Below are positions 38,246-48,652 of a DNA stretch of 64,000 nt, piece by piece. The DNA is from an uncultured Planctomycetota bacterium (lineage in GTDB: Bacteria; Planctomycetota; Planctomycetia; Isosphaerales; Isosphaeraceae): NCBI GenBank assembly GCA_963823665.1, contig CAWGMQ010000010.1, forward strand, positions 64,001 through 128,000, given 5' to 3'. Positions within the stretch are counted from its first letter, which is position 1, and each line of letters opens with the position of its first letter. Under the pieces are notes generated by a model. The model had not been told where the DNA came from, did no database searches, and was given only the letters and a program-made list of their open reading frames with translations. Both the position numbers and the translations under genes were made by a program.

Positions 38246-40515
38246 GCCGTCATGCTCTGACAATCGGCATGGCCGCATTCGACGACTTCGAGGGCGTTTA
38301 CTTCACCGTCACGTCGCTCATGATCCATCACCCGGGCGCGATGGATGATTGTAACATCCTGGTGGTCGACAATAACCCGGCATCACGCCATGGCAGGCTC
38401 ATCGAGGAGTGGATCGCCGATCTGGCGCCGCACGCAGAGTATCATCCGTTTGCAGACGCGACCGGAACCGCCCAGGCACGAAACGAAGTATTCCGCTGCG
38501 CCACCGGCCGCGCCGTGCTCTGCATCGATTGCCACGTGCTCCTGGCTCCCGGCGCTTTAGAGCGGCTGATCGACTACTACGCGGCCAATCCGAACACTCG
38601 CGACCTCTTGACCGGCCCTTTGCTCGACGATTCGGGCCAGATCGCCGCCACCCACCAGCGGCCACAGTGGAGCGACGGCGCCTGGGGCGTCTGGGCACTG
38701 GACCACCGGGCCGAGCTGCCCGACTCCGAGCCTTTTCCAATCTGGCAGCAGGGAATGGGCCTCTTCTCCTGCACGAAGGAAGCCTGGGTCGGCTTTCATC
38801 CCGCCTTTCGCGGATTCGGCGGCTGTGAATCCTACGTCATGGAGAAATTCCGCCAGAACGGCGGTAAGGTCCTCTGCTGTCCCTGGCTTCGCTGGACGCA
38901 CCGATTCGAGCGCCCGCATGGCGTCCCTTACCGGGTTTCGCGGCAAGACACTCTGCGAAATTATTTGATCGGTTTTCAGGAGCTCGGCCTGGACCCTGCG
39001 CCGGCGCTGGAACATTTCAAAACGTTGCCCGGTGAAGGGCGATCACCGTTCCAGCTCGCCGCCCCGGCGACGACAAGCGAGTTCTCTGTCGTCGGCGAGC
39101 CGGCTTCCGGAGCGGTGTTGATGCGCGGCGAAACGCTGGCGCGCCATCTCGCTTGCAGACTCATTCGTCCCGCAGAGGTGAACGGCGAGTCGCGCCGCGA
39201 GGCGATCGTCGCCGTCAAGTTAGGCTGCGGTGCCGCCCGCATCCGCGACCGGTGCGATCGCCTGATCTATGACCCGCTCGACGCGTTTTGCGATGACAGT
39301 GCCGATCTTGATCCCGCTCTTTACTGGCGTGCCCGTTATCGCGAGCTTGCGTTTGACGATATCATTGCGACCAGCCCGGCCTGTGCGGCGGTCATGCGCG
39401 ACGCGCTGCCGGAGCGCGTCTCCGTCCATCTCGCGCCGCATCACGCAGACCCCCGGATCAACGCGAGCTGGCGAAACAAGGACGGGCCGATCGTCTACGC
39501 CGGCCTCGAGCGCTTCATCGCCTCGGGTTTGGATCGAATCCGCCAGGCATGCCGGATGGTCGGAAAAGAGTTCATCGCCGGCCCGGACTGCGACGTTCTC
39601 ATGGGTGCCTCGCTGGCGCTGGCGCTGCGGCTGCCGCCGCACGACACCGAGCTCAACCGACGATGCAAGCCGCAGATCAAGATCGCCAACGCCATCGCGG
39701 CCGGCATGGCCGTCGTGGCGACCGACTGTCCGGCCGCGACGTCGCTCTATCCCGAGGTCGTCACGGTTCCGGTCGATTTTTCGGCCGCTGGGCTCGCCGA
39801 TGCGTTCCGCCGCGCACTCGCCGCCCGGTGCCGGCCGCGTCACTACGGTCTCGGCGATTTCCTGGCCTCGATGGACCGGATCCTCGGGCGCGAGGCGCTC
39901 GTCGTCTACACAGCGGTCTTCGGTGGTTACGACGTCCTGCGCGATCCGGTGGAACTCACGCCTGGCGTTCAATACGTCTGTTTCACCGATAATCCCCGAT
40001 TGCGGTCCGACACATGGCACATTCGCTACTGCCCGCCGTCGGGCAATCCGCTCATGCAGGCGAAGGAGTGCAAGATACTGGCGCACGAGTTTCTCGACTG
40101 CGACATTTCGCTCTGGATCGACGGTCGCACTTTGCTTCATAGCTTGAACGGAGTCTTCGACCGGCTCAGGGCCGATCTCGCGCTGTGCCGCCACCCCACG
40201 CGCGATTGCATCTACGCCGAGGCCGAACACTGCAAGCACGTGCGGCGTGGCGATCCGCAGTTGATCGACCGTTCGGTCGCCCGCTTCAAGGCCGAAGGGC
40301 ATCCGCCCGGATCTGGGCTCTGGCTCGGCGGAACGCTATTGCGGCGCCACACGGCCGCAACCAGAGTCTTCAATTGTGAATGGTGGCGCGAGGTGACAAC
40401 CGGCACGTCGCGCGATCAGATCAGCCTGCCGGTGGTTCTGCGCCGGCTCGGCTTTACGGTCGACGTGCTGCCGCCGGACGCGCCCCTCATGGAAGTCGGT
40501 AATCACGCGCGCTGA
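38242..40515 (+). CDS. Three-module glycosyltransferase: GT2 + GT-B/GT4-like + DUF616 (TOD1/MUCI70-like)
   Basis: LTIGMAAFDD...ILVVDNNP...ARNEVF...LCIDCHV...FRGFGGCE; central LIYDPLD...KPQIKIANAIAAGMAVVATD; C-terminal VVYTAVFGGYD...YVCFTD...SLWIDG...HPTRDCIY...RDQISLP. Confidence 0.85.
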   Translation: MSRHALTIGMAAFDDFEGVYFTVTSLMIHHPGAMDDCNILVVDNNPASRHGRLIEEWIADLAPHAEYHPFADATGTAQARNEVFRCATGRAVLCIDCHVLLAPGALERLIDYYAANPNTRDLLTGPLLDDSGQIAATHQRPQWSDGAWGVWALDHRAELPDSEPFPIWQQGMGLFSCTKEAWVGFHPAFRGFGGCESYVMEKFRQNGGKVLCCPWLRWTHRFERPHGVPYRVSRQDTLRNYLIGFQELGLDPAPALEHFKTLPGEGRSPFQLAAPATTSEFSVVGEPASGAVLMRGETLARHLACRLIRPAEVNGESRREAIVAVKLGCGAARIRDRCDRLIYDPLDAFCDDSADLDPALYWRARYRELAFDDIIATSPACAAVMRDALPERVSVHLAPHHADPRINASWRNKDGPIVYAGLERFIASGLDRIRQACRMVGKEFIAGPDCDVLMGASLALALRLPPHDTELNRRCKPQIKIANAIAAGMAVVATDCPAATSLYPEVVTVPVDFSAAGLADAFRRALAARCRPRHYGLGDFLASMDRILGREALVVYTAVFGGYDVLRDPVELTPGVQYVCFTDNPRLRSDTWHIRYCPPSGNPLMQAKECKILAHEFLDCDISLWIDGRTLLHSLNGVFDRLRADLALCRHPTRDCIYAEAEHCKHVRRGDPQLIDRSVARFKAEGHPPGSGLWLGGTLLRRHTAATRVFNCEWWREVTTGTSRDQISLPVVLRRLGFTVDVLPPDAPLMEVGNHAR

Positions 40516-40566
40516 CCCTCGCCGCCACCCCCGAAGACCGTATGATTGGGCACAGAGACTCTCCTC

Positions 40567-41944
40567 ATGAAATGCAGCATCATCCTGCCCGTGCTCGACA
40601 GCCATGAAATCTTCCGGCGCCAGATGGTCCGATTCGAAAAGATTTTGCCGGCCGATTTCGAGGTGATCGTCCTCGACGACGGCAGCGACATACCTCTCAC
40701 GTACGACAGGCGCGTCCCCTTCCCGTTCAGGTTGCTGCACACCAATGACAAACGCCCCTGGACCAACGACCTCGCTCGCAACAAGGGCGCCGCCGTTGCA
40801 TCGGGCGAGTACCTCCTTATGATGGATGTCGACCATGTCTTGACGCGGGAAGCGCTCGACCTCGTCCTCCGCTTTCGTGGTGACATGCTCAAGTTTCACC
40901 GCCAGGTCGCTGACCTCGACGAGCATGGCGAAGTTCGCAATATTCGCGAATCGCTCGCCCCGCACCCCAATACCTTTGCAATCAGGAAGTCGCTCTTCGA
41001 GCGAATGGGTGGATACAATCCCGAATACCTCGGCTATGGCGCGCATGATTCGCGCTTTCGGGAGCGATATCAGGCGCTCGTCGACCACGGCCGTGCCGAG
41101 CAAGTCGAATTGGCCGGAATGATCTATGTCGTCACCGAAGCAAAATGGTTTCACAACCTCGAACGGCAGCCGGCGCGTGAGTCACCCGCCCACGTCGGCT
41201 CCATTTCTACTCACGCAGGAGATCTCGTGAAAAGCCCGAGTAGGCCGGAAATCACAGGCCCGCCGCGCGAGCTTCTCGGTGATTGGACGTCGTTTCGGCT
41301 CGAGGATTGGAAGGAAGACAGGAACCACAAGTTCTTGAACCGAAACGACCACCTTGAAAGACAGTGGCGCCGCCTTCATGAACTCTTGCCCGAATACCTG
41401 CCGCGGGAACCGCGGCGCCGGTTCCTCGACGTCGGCTCCGGTAATGGCGCCTCGTTGGAGATCCTCCGGTATCTCGGCCACGATGCTGAAGGTTCTCGAC
41501 TTCACCCCGGGTATCTCCGACCTGGACGGCACCGACTGGGTGTACCGCCCGTTGATCGAGTCGCAACGGCTCAAATGCACCGTCCATGACGGTGCAGTCG
41601 TTCCCTATCCCTACCCCGACGCTCAATTCGATGTGGTGATCTGCTACGGAGTCCTCACATGTTTTCAGCCGTGCAGTCTCTGGCCGCAAATCTTCGACGA
41701 GTTTGCCCGGCTAGCGAAGTCATGCATCCTCCTGGGCGTCAACGTGGGCGAACGCTACGACATCGGCAAGTCAGTCATCGAGAAATGGCGACATCGGGAT
41801 CTCGAATTGACCTATAACGAAGGCGCAATCTACAAGTGGCAGCGAAAACCCGTTCGCGCCCCCTCCGCCGCCGTGCAAGGCCGGCAGAAGAGAGCAGCTC
41901 GACTTCCCCTGGTGTTTTCGGGATCGCGCGTGCGGCCCACCTAG
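40567..41944 (+). CDS. GT2/GT7C-type glycosyltransferase fused to a class I SAM methyltransferase (frameshift near 41490)
   Basis: CSIILPV...VIVLDDGSD...LARNKGA...LLMMDVDH...MGGYNPEYLGYGAHD; then FLDVGSGNG, and in the next frame YPYPDAQFDVVICYGVL...FDEFARLAK. Confidence 0.8.
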
Positions 41945-41950
41945 CTGTGA

Positions 41951-44900
41951 TCACCCACGATTCGACCGCGCCACGCGAAATCCGATCGTAATACTTCGAT
42001 ACAACGGCTTGTTTCCGTCCCGCCTCCCCACCGAGGCGATCAGCGCCGAATAATCGAAGGCGCCGCCGCGCAGCACGCGTTCCCCGTCCTTGGGAGGCGG
42101 CGACCGGTCCTGGCACCATTCATACACGTTGCCGTGAAGATCGAACACGCCCCAGCCGTTCGGCAGCTTGCTGCCGCAGACCGCCGTCTGATTCGACTCG
42201 AACACCGCGTACCGCGCGAGCAAGCCGTCGTCGTTTCCCGAGGCGAACTGTGTCGTTGCTCCGGCGCGACAGGCGTATTCCCATTCCACTTCGGTCGGCA
42301 GTCGATATCCGTCCGCCGCCCCATCCAGGGCCCAATCTCCCTTTGATGCGACATAACAAGGCGTGCGCCCCTCGATGCGGCTGAGCCAGTTGCAAAACAG
42401 GATCGCATCGTACCAACAGACGTTCTGGACCGGGTGACTCATGGTCGGGCTGCGCGCGGGATCCGCCCCAATCCAGCCGCGCGGCTTGGCGTCCGCGGCT
42501 GTGTCCGGATCGTCGATGAACTGCTGGAAGAGCGCGCGCGACGTTTCGCAATCGCTCAGCCAGAACGCCTCGATCCGATCGGGGTGCTTTGCGTCGTCGC
42601 GCGGTTCCAGCGCCGCCGGCCGGCCGGCGGGAATAAGCAGCATCGTCATCTTCACGCGATTGACGTGCCATGGAAAACCCGGTTGCGGCTTGTTGGACGC
42701 GGCAATCTCCGGCAACGGCTGTTTCCACTGCCGAAGCGCCCATCCCGCCGCGCTGTGCGTCCCTCCGTCGCGCTGAGTGCGATACCATGCCACGAGCGTC
42801 GCCACCGCTGCGCCCATCTCGCTCGGAGACATCGCGGCGGGCGGAATAGAGCCGATTCCCGAACAGACCCCCGAGCGAAACCACGTCGGCTCCAGATCGG
42901 CCACGTGGTCAAGGAGTCGATTCACGGCGCCGTGCCAGGTCGAAAGTGATTCGATGAGCAGCGTTCGCTCAGCCGGATCTTCCGCGAGCGCGAACATTTC
43001 GCGCGCCACGCTCGGCTCGCCGAGCTGGAGCAAGAGGACCGCAAGTCGAGCTTCGAGTCGAAAGTCTTTCTCCGCGTTCGCTCGAACGGCCGATTGCACA
43101 AGCGGTCCGATCGCGACGCCCCGGCGGTGCTGGAGTGCGGCCACCAGGTTGGCGCATTCGTTGGGTGGGGCCGTTCCTGCGCTGTCGAGCAGATCCTTGA
43201 GACGTACGTCGCCGAAGGCGGCGAGCAACACGGCCGCACGGAGTCGGCGCGGCGAGTCCGGCGCCGCTCCGTCAAAATCCCGCTCGAGCATTCGGACGAC
43301 ATGCTGCCCTAGCGGATCGAGATTGCCAATCGCGTAGGGAACCGCGTCGGCCGGCGCGTTCAGCGCGGCGTCGACGGCGAGCCGGTGCGTTCCCGGTCGC
43401 TCTCTCGTTTCTGCTCGGCAAGAATGCGGTCTTGCTGCGCGACGTACATCCGCAACGACGCCCCCAGGGCGGCCAGCAAGAGGAGGGCCGCTCCGAGGCG
43501 GAGGCCGTGAAACCTCGCCGCCGCGCGCATGATCCGTCGTTCGGAATCGCTCCAGGTCCGCCGGCGAGTCAGCAAGCGCATCCCCAGGTATTCAATCGAT
43601 GTCGGCAGCCGCTGATTCGCGGGCCTCGCGCCCCAGTTCGCCGCGCATTCCGAAAGGCGCAGCTCTGCCCGGCCGCGCCACGTTTCCTTCCGCTTCCGCG
43701 TCAACCAGTCGCGCAGGCTCTGAACCAGATAATCGTGGGTCAGTTGGTAATAGCCGTCGGCCGCGTCGTGGCTCGAATCGCCCTCGAAGCCATCGGGGTC
43801 CGTCGGTGTGATCAGCCGCAATTCGCCGTCGAGGATGCGCAGCACATCGTCAAACTCGTTGGTGTCTCGGCAGCCCGATGCATGCAGCAGGTCGCGGTAC
43901 GAGCGCATGTTCGTCTTGATGTCGGTGCCGGCTTCCGGCAGCAGCGATTGCAGCACGGCGCGCGCCCCAGCCTGATGGGCGAGATGTTCCGGGTTCGCCT
44001 CGCGCGCCGCAAACGACTCTTCGAGAAAATTGACGCCGACTCCGGTCGCACCGCCGACGGCGTCGAGAGTGGCAGGGACCCAGGGTTTGCCCTTGACCAT
44101 TTCCGCGAGCAGCGCCAGGCGCACGCAAATGACTTTTCCTTCGTGTGCCAGACCTCTGGCGGCGTCGTCGAGGAACCGCTTGTGCTCTTCGGCAAGCTCG
44201 TTGGAGCTCCTCGGCAGCCGGCCGAACGCCCGGCCGAACTTGGCGAGGACGTTCCGCGCATGATCGACGTCGAAGAGATCGACGGCGGCGAAGTTGTCCC
44301 CCTCGATGATCCGCGCTTCCAGCTCGCGCATGAACCGCCAGGCCGCCATCGCAAAGTCGTCGCGAACCATCACGACCACCTGCACATGTTCGCCGTCGCA
44401 CTGTCGCAGCGCGCTCACCAGCTCCGTATTCTCTTCCCCACGCCTCGCATGGAGCCACTGCTCGAACTGGTCCAGGATTAGCAGCACCTTGTGCTCGCGC
44501 GGCAGCACTCGCCCCCGTCGAAGGGTTGCCAGCGCAGCGACCAACCCCAGGTCTACAGCGAGTTCAGGGCAAACTTTGCGTAAACCCTTGAGCAGCCGTG
44601 CCTCTGTCTCCTCCGCGGTCGCCTCGACGTAGACCGAAAGGATGTTCTTGTCGAGCCGAGGCAGAAGTCCTGCCTTCACGAGCGACGACTTGCCGCAGCC
44701 TGATGGACCGTAGATCAACCCCACCTTGAACGTCCGGTCAGGATCGAGCTGCTCGATCTTCCGTTTCCAGAATCGGAGGCTTTCGGGCAGTCCCTCCCGA
44801 TCGCGCGGTGCCGGCAGCAATTCCAGAAAGAATTCGGCATCCCCCTCGTCGAAGGATCGCAGTCCCTTGGGCACGATCGTGGTCGATTGCCCGCCCGAGT

Positions 44901-45916
44901 CGGACGGCTTGGCTGTTGATGGTGTCAGCAGCGCTTCCTGAGTGGAGCCGCCCGGCGTGGATATTGGAGCCGCCGGAGCGGCCGGCGAGACCGTGCCCCC
45001 TGTCGTTTCCCGGAACAGAAGCAGGTCTTCGGCCATGTCCATGGCGGTGTTGTATCGCTCCGAAGCTCGCTTGCTCATCGCCTTCAGGCAGATCCGTTCC
45101 AGCTCCTTCGGAATCCGGTCATCGATCTGGCGCGGTGGGCGAGCTTCGACCGTCGCGATCAGGTCCAGCAATTCGTTCCGGGCTTCGTCCGTGTCCGTGG
45201 CCTGGGCGACAAACGGCCGCCTCCCGGTCAGCAGCTCGTAGAAAATGACGCCCAGACTGAAGACGTCCGAGCGGCCATCGACTCGATGACCCTCCCCTCG
45301 AGCCTGTTCGGGACTCATGTACGAAGGTGTTCCCGCAATCCCTCGACCCTTGCCAAAGTCCTCGTCTCTGAGGGCGGAGACCGAAATCGGCGACGAACGC
45401 CTTCCCCGTGCCGTCGACCAGAATGTTGGCGGGCTTGATGTCCCGATGCACCAGCCCCTTTGTATGTGCGTAGTGCAGGGCTTCGGCGACGGTTGCCACC
45501 AATCCCACTGTCTCGTGGAAACGGAAACGTGTTTCCTTCATCCGGGCGGCAAGGTCACTCCCCTCGATGCACTTGGAAACGACGAAGCACAATCCATCCT
45601 CGGTGCGCCCCACGTCATAAACCGGCACGATGTGGGGATGGTCAAGATTGGCAACGATGCGGGCTTCGGTGAGGTATGCCTCGATAAGCTCCGGCTGCGA
45701 GACTCGCTCCCGGCGCGGGACTTTGATCGCAACCCGCCGCCCGAGCTCCTCGTCAATGGCCAGGAAGACATCGCCGAACCCGCCCTTCCCAAGTCGACTG
45801 CGAATCGCGTACCGCCCGATCTTGAGCGGATCGAGAAGAGATGAATACTCTTCGGAGTCTTGAACGGATGGGGTGAATCCCTGAGTGGAAGCCAGATTCT
45901 CGGAATCGTCCATCAC
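41951..45916 (-). CDS. Ser/Thr kinase + STAND-type P-loop NTPase + TM + FGE-sulfatase (SUMF1) domain protein (frameshifts near 45375 and 43360)
   Basis: [37 protein letters not shown] and [16 protein letters not shown] and [42 protein letters not shown] and GFRVAR. Confidence 0.9.
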
Positions 45917-46092
45917 GCCAGCTCCAGCAATGGCCGCTGTCTGATTTCAGCCGGCCGATCCCATTCTCGCATACTGAACTGGCAAGGCATAGAACGAACT
46001 GCAACGTTCGTGCGACTGAGTTCACAGTCCACTTCGCATCGACCACGTTGACCAACCACTGAGGAGACTGAGCCGAAACTCATCCTGCCGCG

Positions 46093-47580
46093 TTACTTCT
46101 TCGCGGATGAGCCAACGCGGGCAAAGATCGTCTTCATCGTGAGCTGTGCTTCGGTACGAACGCCCAGGTCCGGATCGGCCTTGGCCGACTTCATGAACGT
46201 GAGCGTGTCTTTACCTCCCACCACTCTCAAGATGCGACAGGCTTTCATGCGAAGGATCGGGTCGGGGCTCTTCAGAATTTCGATCAGCGCTGGCTCGGCG
46301 GCGGGCCCGAGCCGGCGCAATGCTGGGTCGGCGGCGATGTCATCCTCCTTCAGGCGCTCGGCGATCGGCCCGGCGGCCCGCGCGTCACCCAGCTCGCCCA
46401 GGATCTTGATCACCTCCCAGCGCACGCCGTGGCGGCTGTCCGATAATTTGCCAAAGAGCGCGGGCACCGTTTCGGGCGTCAGCCACTTCGCCATCGCCCG
46501 AGCCACCTCGATGACGAGAAAACCATCCTGATCATCCAGCAGCGGTAAGAGGCCGTCGCGCACCGTCTCGCGCAGGTCGTCGACGGGTGCCGTTCCACGC
46601 AGCTTTTCGACGGCTTCGCTGCGCGTCCCGGCGTCAACAGACTTCAGGTCGGCGAGTGCCTTTTTTACACGGTCGGACTTTGAGGCAGAGCCTGTTTTGG
46701 ACGCCGAACCACCCTCCGGCGACTTCTCTGCTTCCTTCGAACTCGACTTTTCGGGGTCCGCCTTTCTTCCGGATCCGGCTTGAGCGGTGTTGTCGACCGG
46801 AAGCGGTTTGCCCGCGGCGACGATCTTGTTTTCCGTCGCGTCCCTGATCGCCCCCTCGATGCGGGCAATTTGAGCACGCTGCGCGGGCGCTGCGGCACCC
46901 TGCTTGGGGGCTTTTATCGCCTTGATGTAGGGAATTGTGATCGCCCACACAACGACCAGCCCTAGAATGCCCGTGAGATTGCCGAGCAGAAGCGGCCCTG
47001 TTTCTCTCAGGTTCTTGAGTACCCAGACCAGGTTGCGAAACGGCGTAAACAAGGGCAATCCGTCGTAGCCGGCGGCATACCCCATGAACATGAGCTTCAC
47101 GTTGCAGACCGCCGCGAGACCCCCGAAAACGCCGGTCGCTAGTTCAGCCATTCCAATCCAGACCATTTCAGGATGTCCGGTGGTGATCCCGAAGTAGATG
47201 ATCACTGCGCCACCGAAGACCAGCAGCCCCCCGATCAGCGATAGCCCGATTTTGATGACGGGTGAAAGACGGCTCGCCGAGGCTTTCTTCGCCTTCGGAC
47301 GGGCACTGCCTGGCCTGTACCCCATTCGAGGGGGCGGAGGTTGGTCATCTTCATACTCCGCGGATCTTGCTCGAGCGGCTGGCTTGACCGGTGCCGGCCG
47401 CTGCTCGAAACGGTCATCCGATCGGGAATGCTCATGCTCCGCGACCGACGACAGTGGCACTCCCGTCGCCGGAATCGCGATCACCGCCGTGCAGTGCTTG
47501 CATTTCACGCTCTTTCCCGCGAGCGCGGCTTCGAACGAATAGCACTTGCCACAGCTTGAACAGGTGCAAACGATCGCCAT
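46093..47580 (-). CDS. Zinc-ribbon + membrane + HEAT-repeat protein
   Basis: CSSCGK...KCKHC N-terminus, about 3 TM helices, C-terminal HEAT-like repeats (VRWEVIKILGELGD, LRMKACRILRVVG). Confidence 0.8.
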   Translation of the reverse strand: MAIVCTCSSCGKCYSFEAALAGKSVKCKHCTAVIAIPATGVPLSSVAEHEHSRSDDRFEQRPAPVKPAARARSAEYEDDQPPPPRMGYRPGSARPKAKKASASRLSPVIKIGLSLIGGLLVFGGAVIIYFGITTGHPEMVWIGMAELATGVFGGLAAVCNVKLMFMGYAAGYDGLPLFTPFRNLVWVLKNLRETGPLLLGNLTGILGLVVVWAITIPYIKAIKAPKQGAAAPAQRAQIARIEGAIRDATENKIVAAGKPLPVDNTAQAGSGRKADPEKSSSKEAEKSPEGGSASKTGSASKSDRVKKALADLKSVDAGTRSEAVEKLRGTAPVDDLRETVRDGLLPLLDDQDGFLVIEVARAMAKWLTPETVPALFGKLSDSRHGVRWEVIKILGELGDARAAGPIAERLKEDDIAADPALRRLGPAAEPALIEILKSPDPILRMKACRILRVVGGKDTLTFMKSAKADPDLGVRTEAQLTMKTIFARVGSSAKK

Positions 47581-47818
47581 GGGATGGTCCTGGAAAGTCG
47601 CCGTGCCAGGTCAACTGTTCCTGCGAGGAAAGCGCAACCAAGACCCGGTCGCGCTTCACCACTGATTCTACCAAGTCGATCGCCGCCGAAAAGGAGCGAT
47701 CGCTCCAATCCGGAACCTTATCTGGGAGCCGGTCTCTCAGTCGAGTGGCATCGACGCCCCGACACGGTTACCATGACATCAGAGACAGCGAATGGCTTCT
47801 GAGTCGGGAGTCTAACCC

Positions 47819-48646
47819 ATGCTGGCGACCTTGACCGCCCTGACCGTGATCGCCCTCGTCAGTTCCCCCCAAGACAAGGAACCACCCACCAAGGACGAGC
47901 TCGCCGCGATCACGGATCGTGGTCGCGACCTCGCCGGATACGATGCCGCGGCCTGGCACGCCTCCGACGCCGTGCAGGCCAAGGAACCGAAACCCGGGAG
48001 CATCGTTCGCTACATTGCCCATAAAACCGACAAGAAGTGGACCGTCGCCTTCGGACGGCTCGACGAGAAAGGGGAGAAATTCCTGATCGCGTACGAGGCA
48101 ATCCAGGGCGAGAAGCCCGACGACTTCGACGTGAAGGAGTTGACTCCGCCCAAAGAAGACACAACGTTCTTCCTCACGGCCGCGAAGGCGATTGACGCCT
48201 CGCTCAAGGACTTCGTGGAACATTTTGCGGGGCGGCAGCGTCCCTACAATGTCGCTGTCCTTCCCGCCGAGAAGGGGCAAGCCTGGGTCTATCTCGTCCC
48301 GGCTCCGACCAAACCGAAGATATGGCCGCTGGGAGGCGATGTCCGCTACTTGATGTCAGCCGACGGCACGAAGATCGTGTCCAAGCGCCAGCTTCACAAG
48401 TCGGTCATCGAGGTCGAGCCCCCGACGGACAAGAATAAGCAACAGGTGGGCGGGATTCACACGCACGTGCTGGATGACACACCCGAAGACACCGACGTCT
48501 TCCACGTCCTCGCCAGAAAGCCCGCCGTGCCCGAGATGATCATCACAAAGCAATTCGTCTTCGAGGTCAAACCCGACGGGAGCATCAAGTACGTGGGGAA
48601 ATGCGAAGATGTGCTGAACAAGAAACAACCGCAATCACCCGAGTGA
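47819..48646 (+). CDS. Exported hypothetical protein
   Basis: GGAG RBS, signal peptide MLATLTALTVIALVS, and codon usage consistent with a real gene. Confidence 0.75.
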   Translation: MLATLTALTVIALVSSPQDKEPPTKDELAAITDRGRDLAGYDAAAWHASDAVQAKEPKPGSIVRYIAHKTDKKWTVAFGRLDEKGEKFLIAYEAIQGEKPDDFDVKELTPPKEDTTFFLTAAKAIDASLKDFVEHFAGRQRPYNVAVLPAEKGQAWVYLVPAPTKPKIWPLGGDVRYLMSADGTKIVSKRQLHKSVIEVEPPTDKNKQQVGGIHTHVLDDTPEDTDVFHVLARKPAVPEMIITKQFVFEVKPDGSIKYVGKCEDVLNKKQPQSPE

Positions 48647-48652
48647 CCCACC

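Noticed and set aside
45990..46035. Structured RNA between the kinase and HEAT genes
   Set aside because: Only two 5-bp stems (CGAAC/GTTCG and GACTG/CAGTC); too weak to distinguish from chance.
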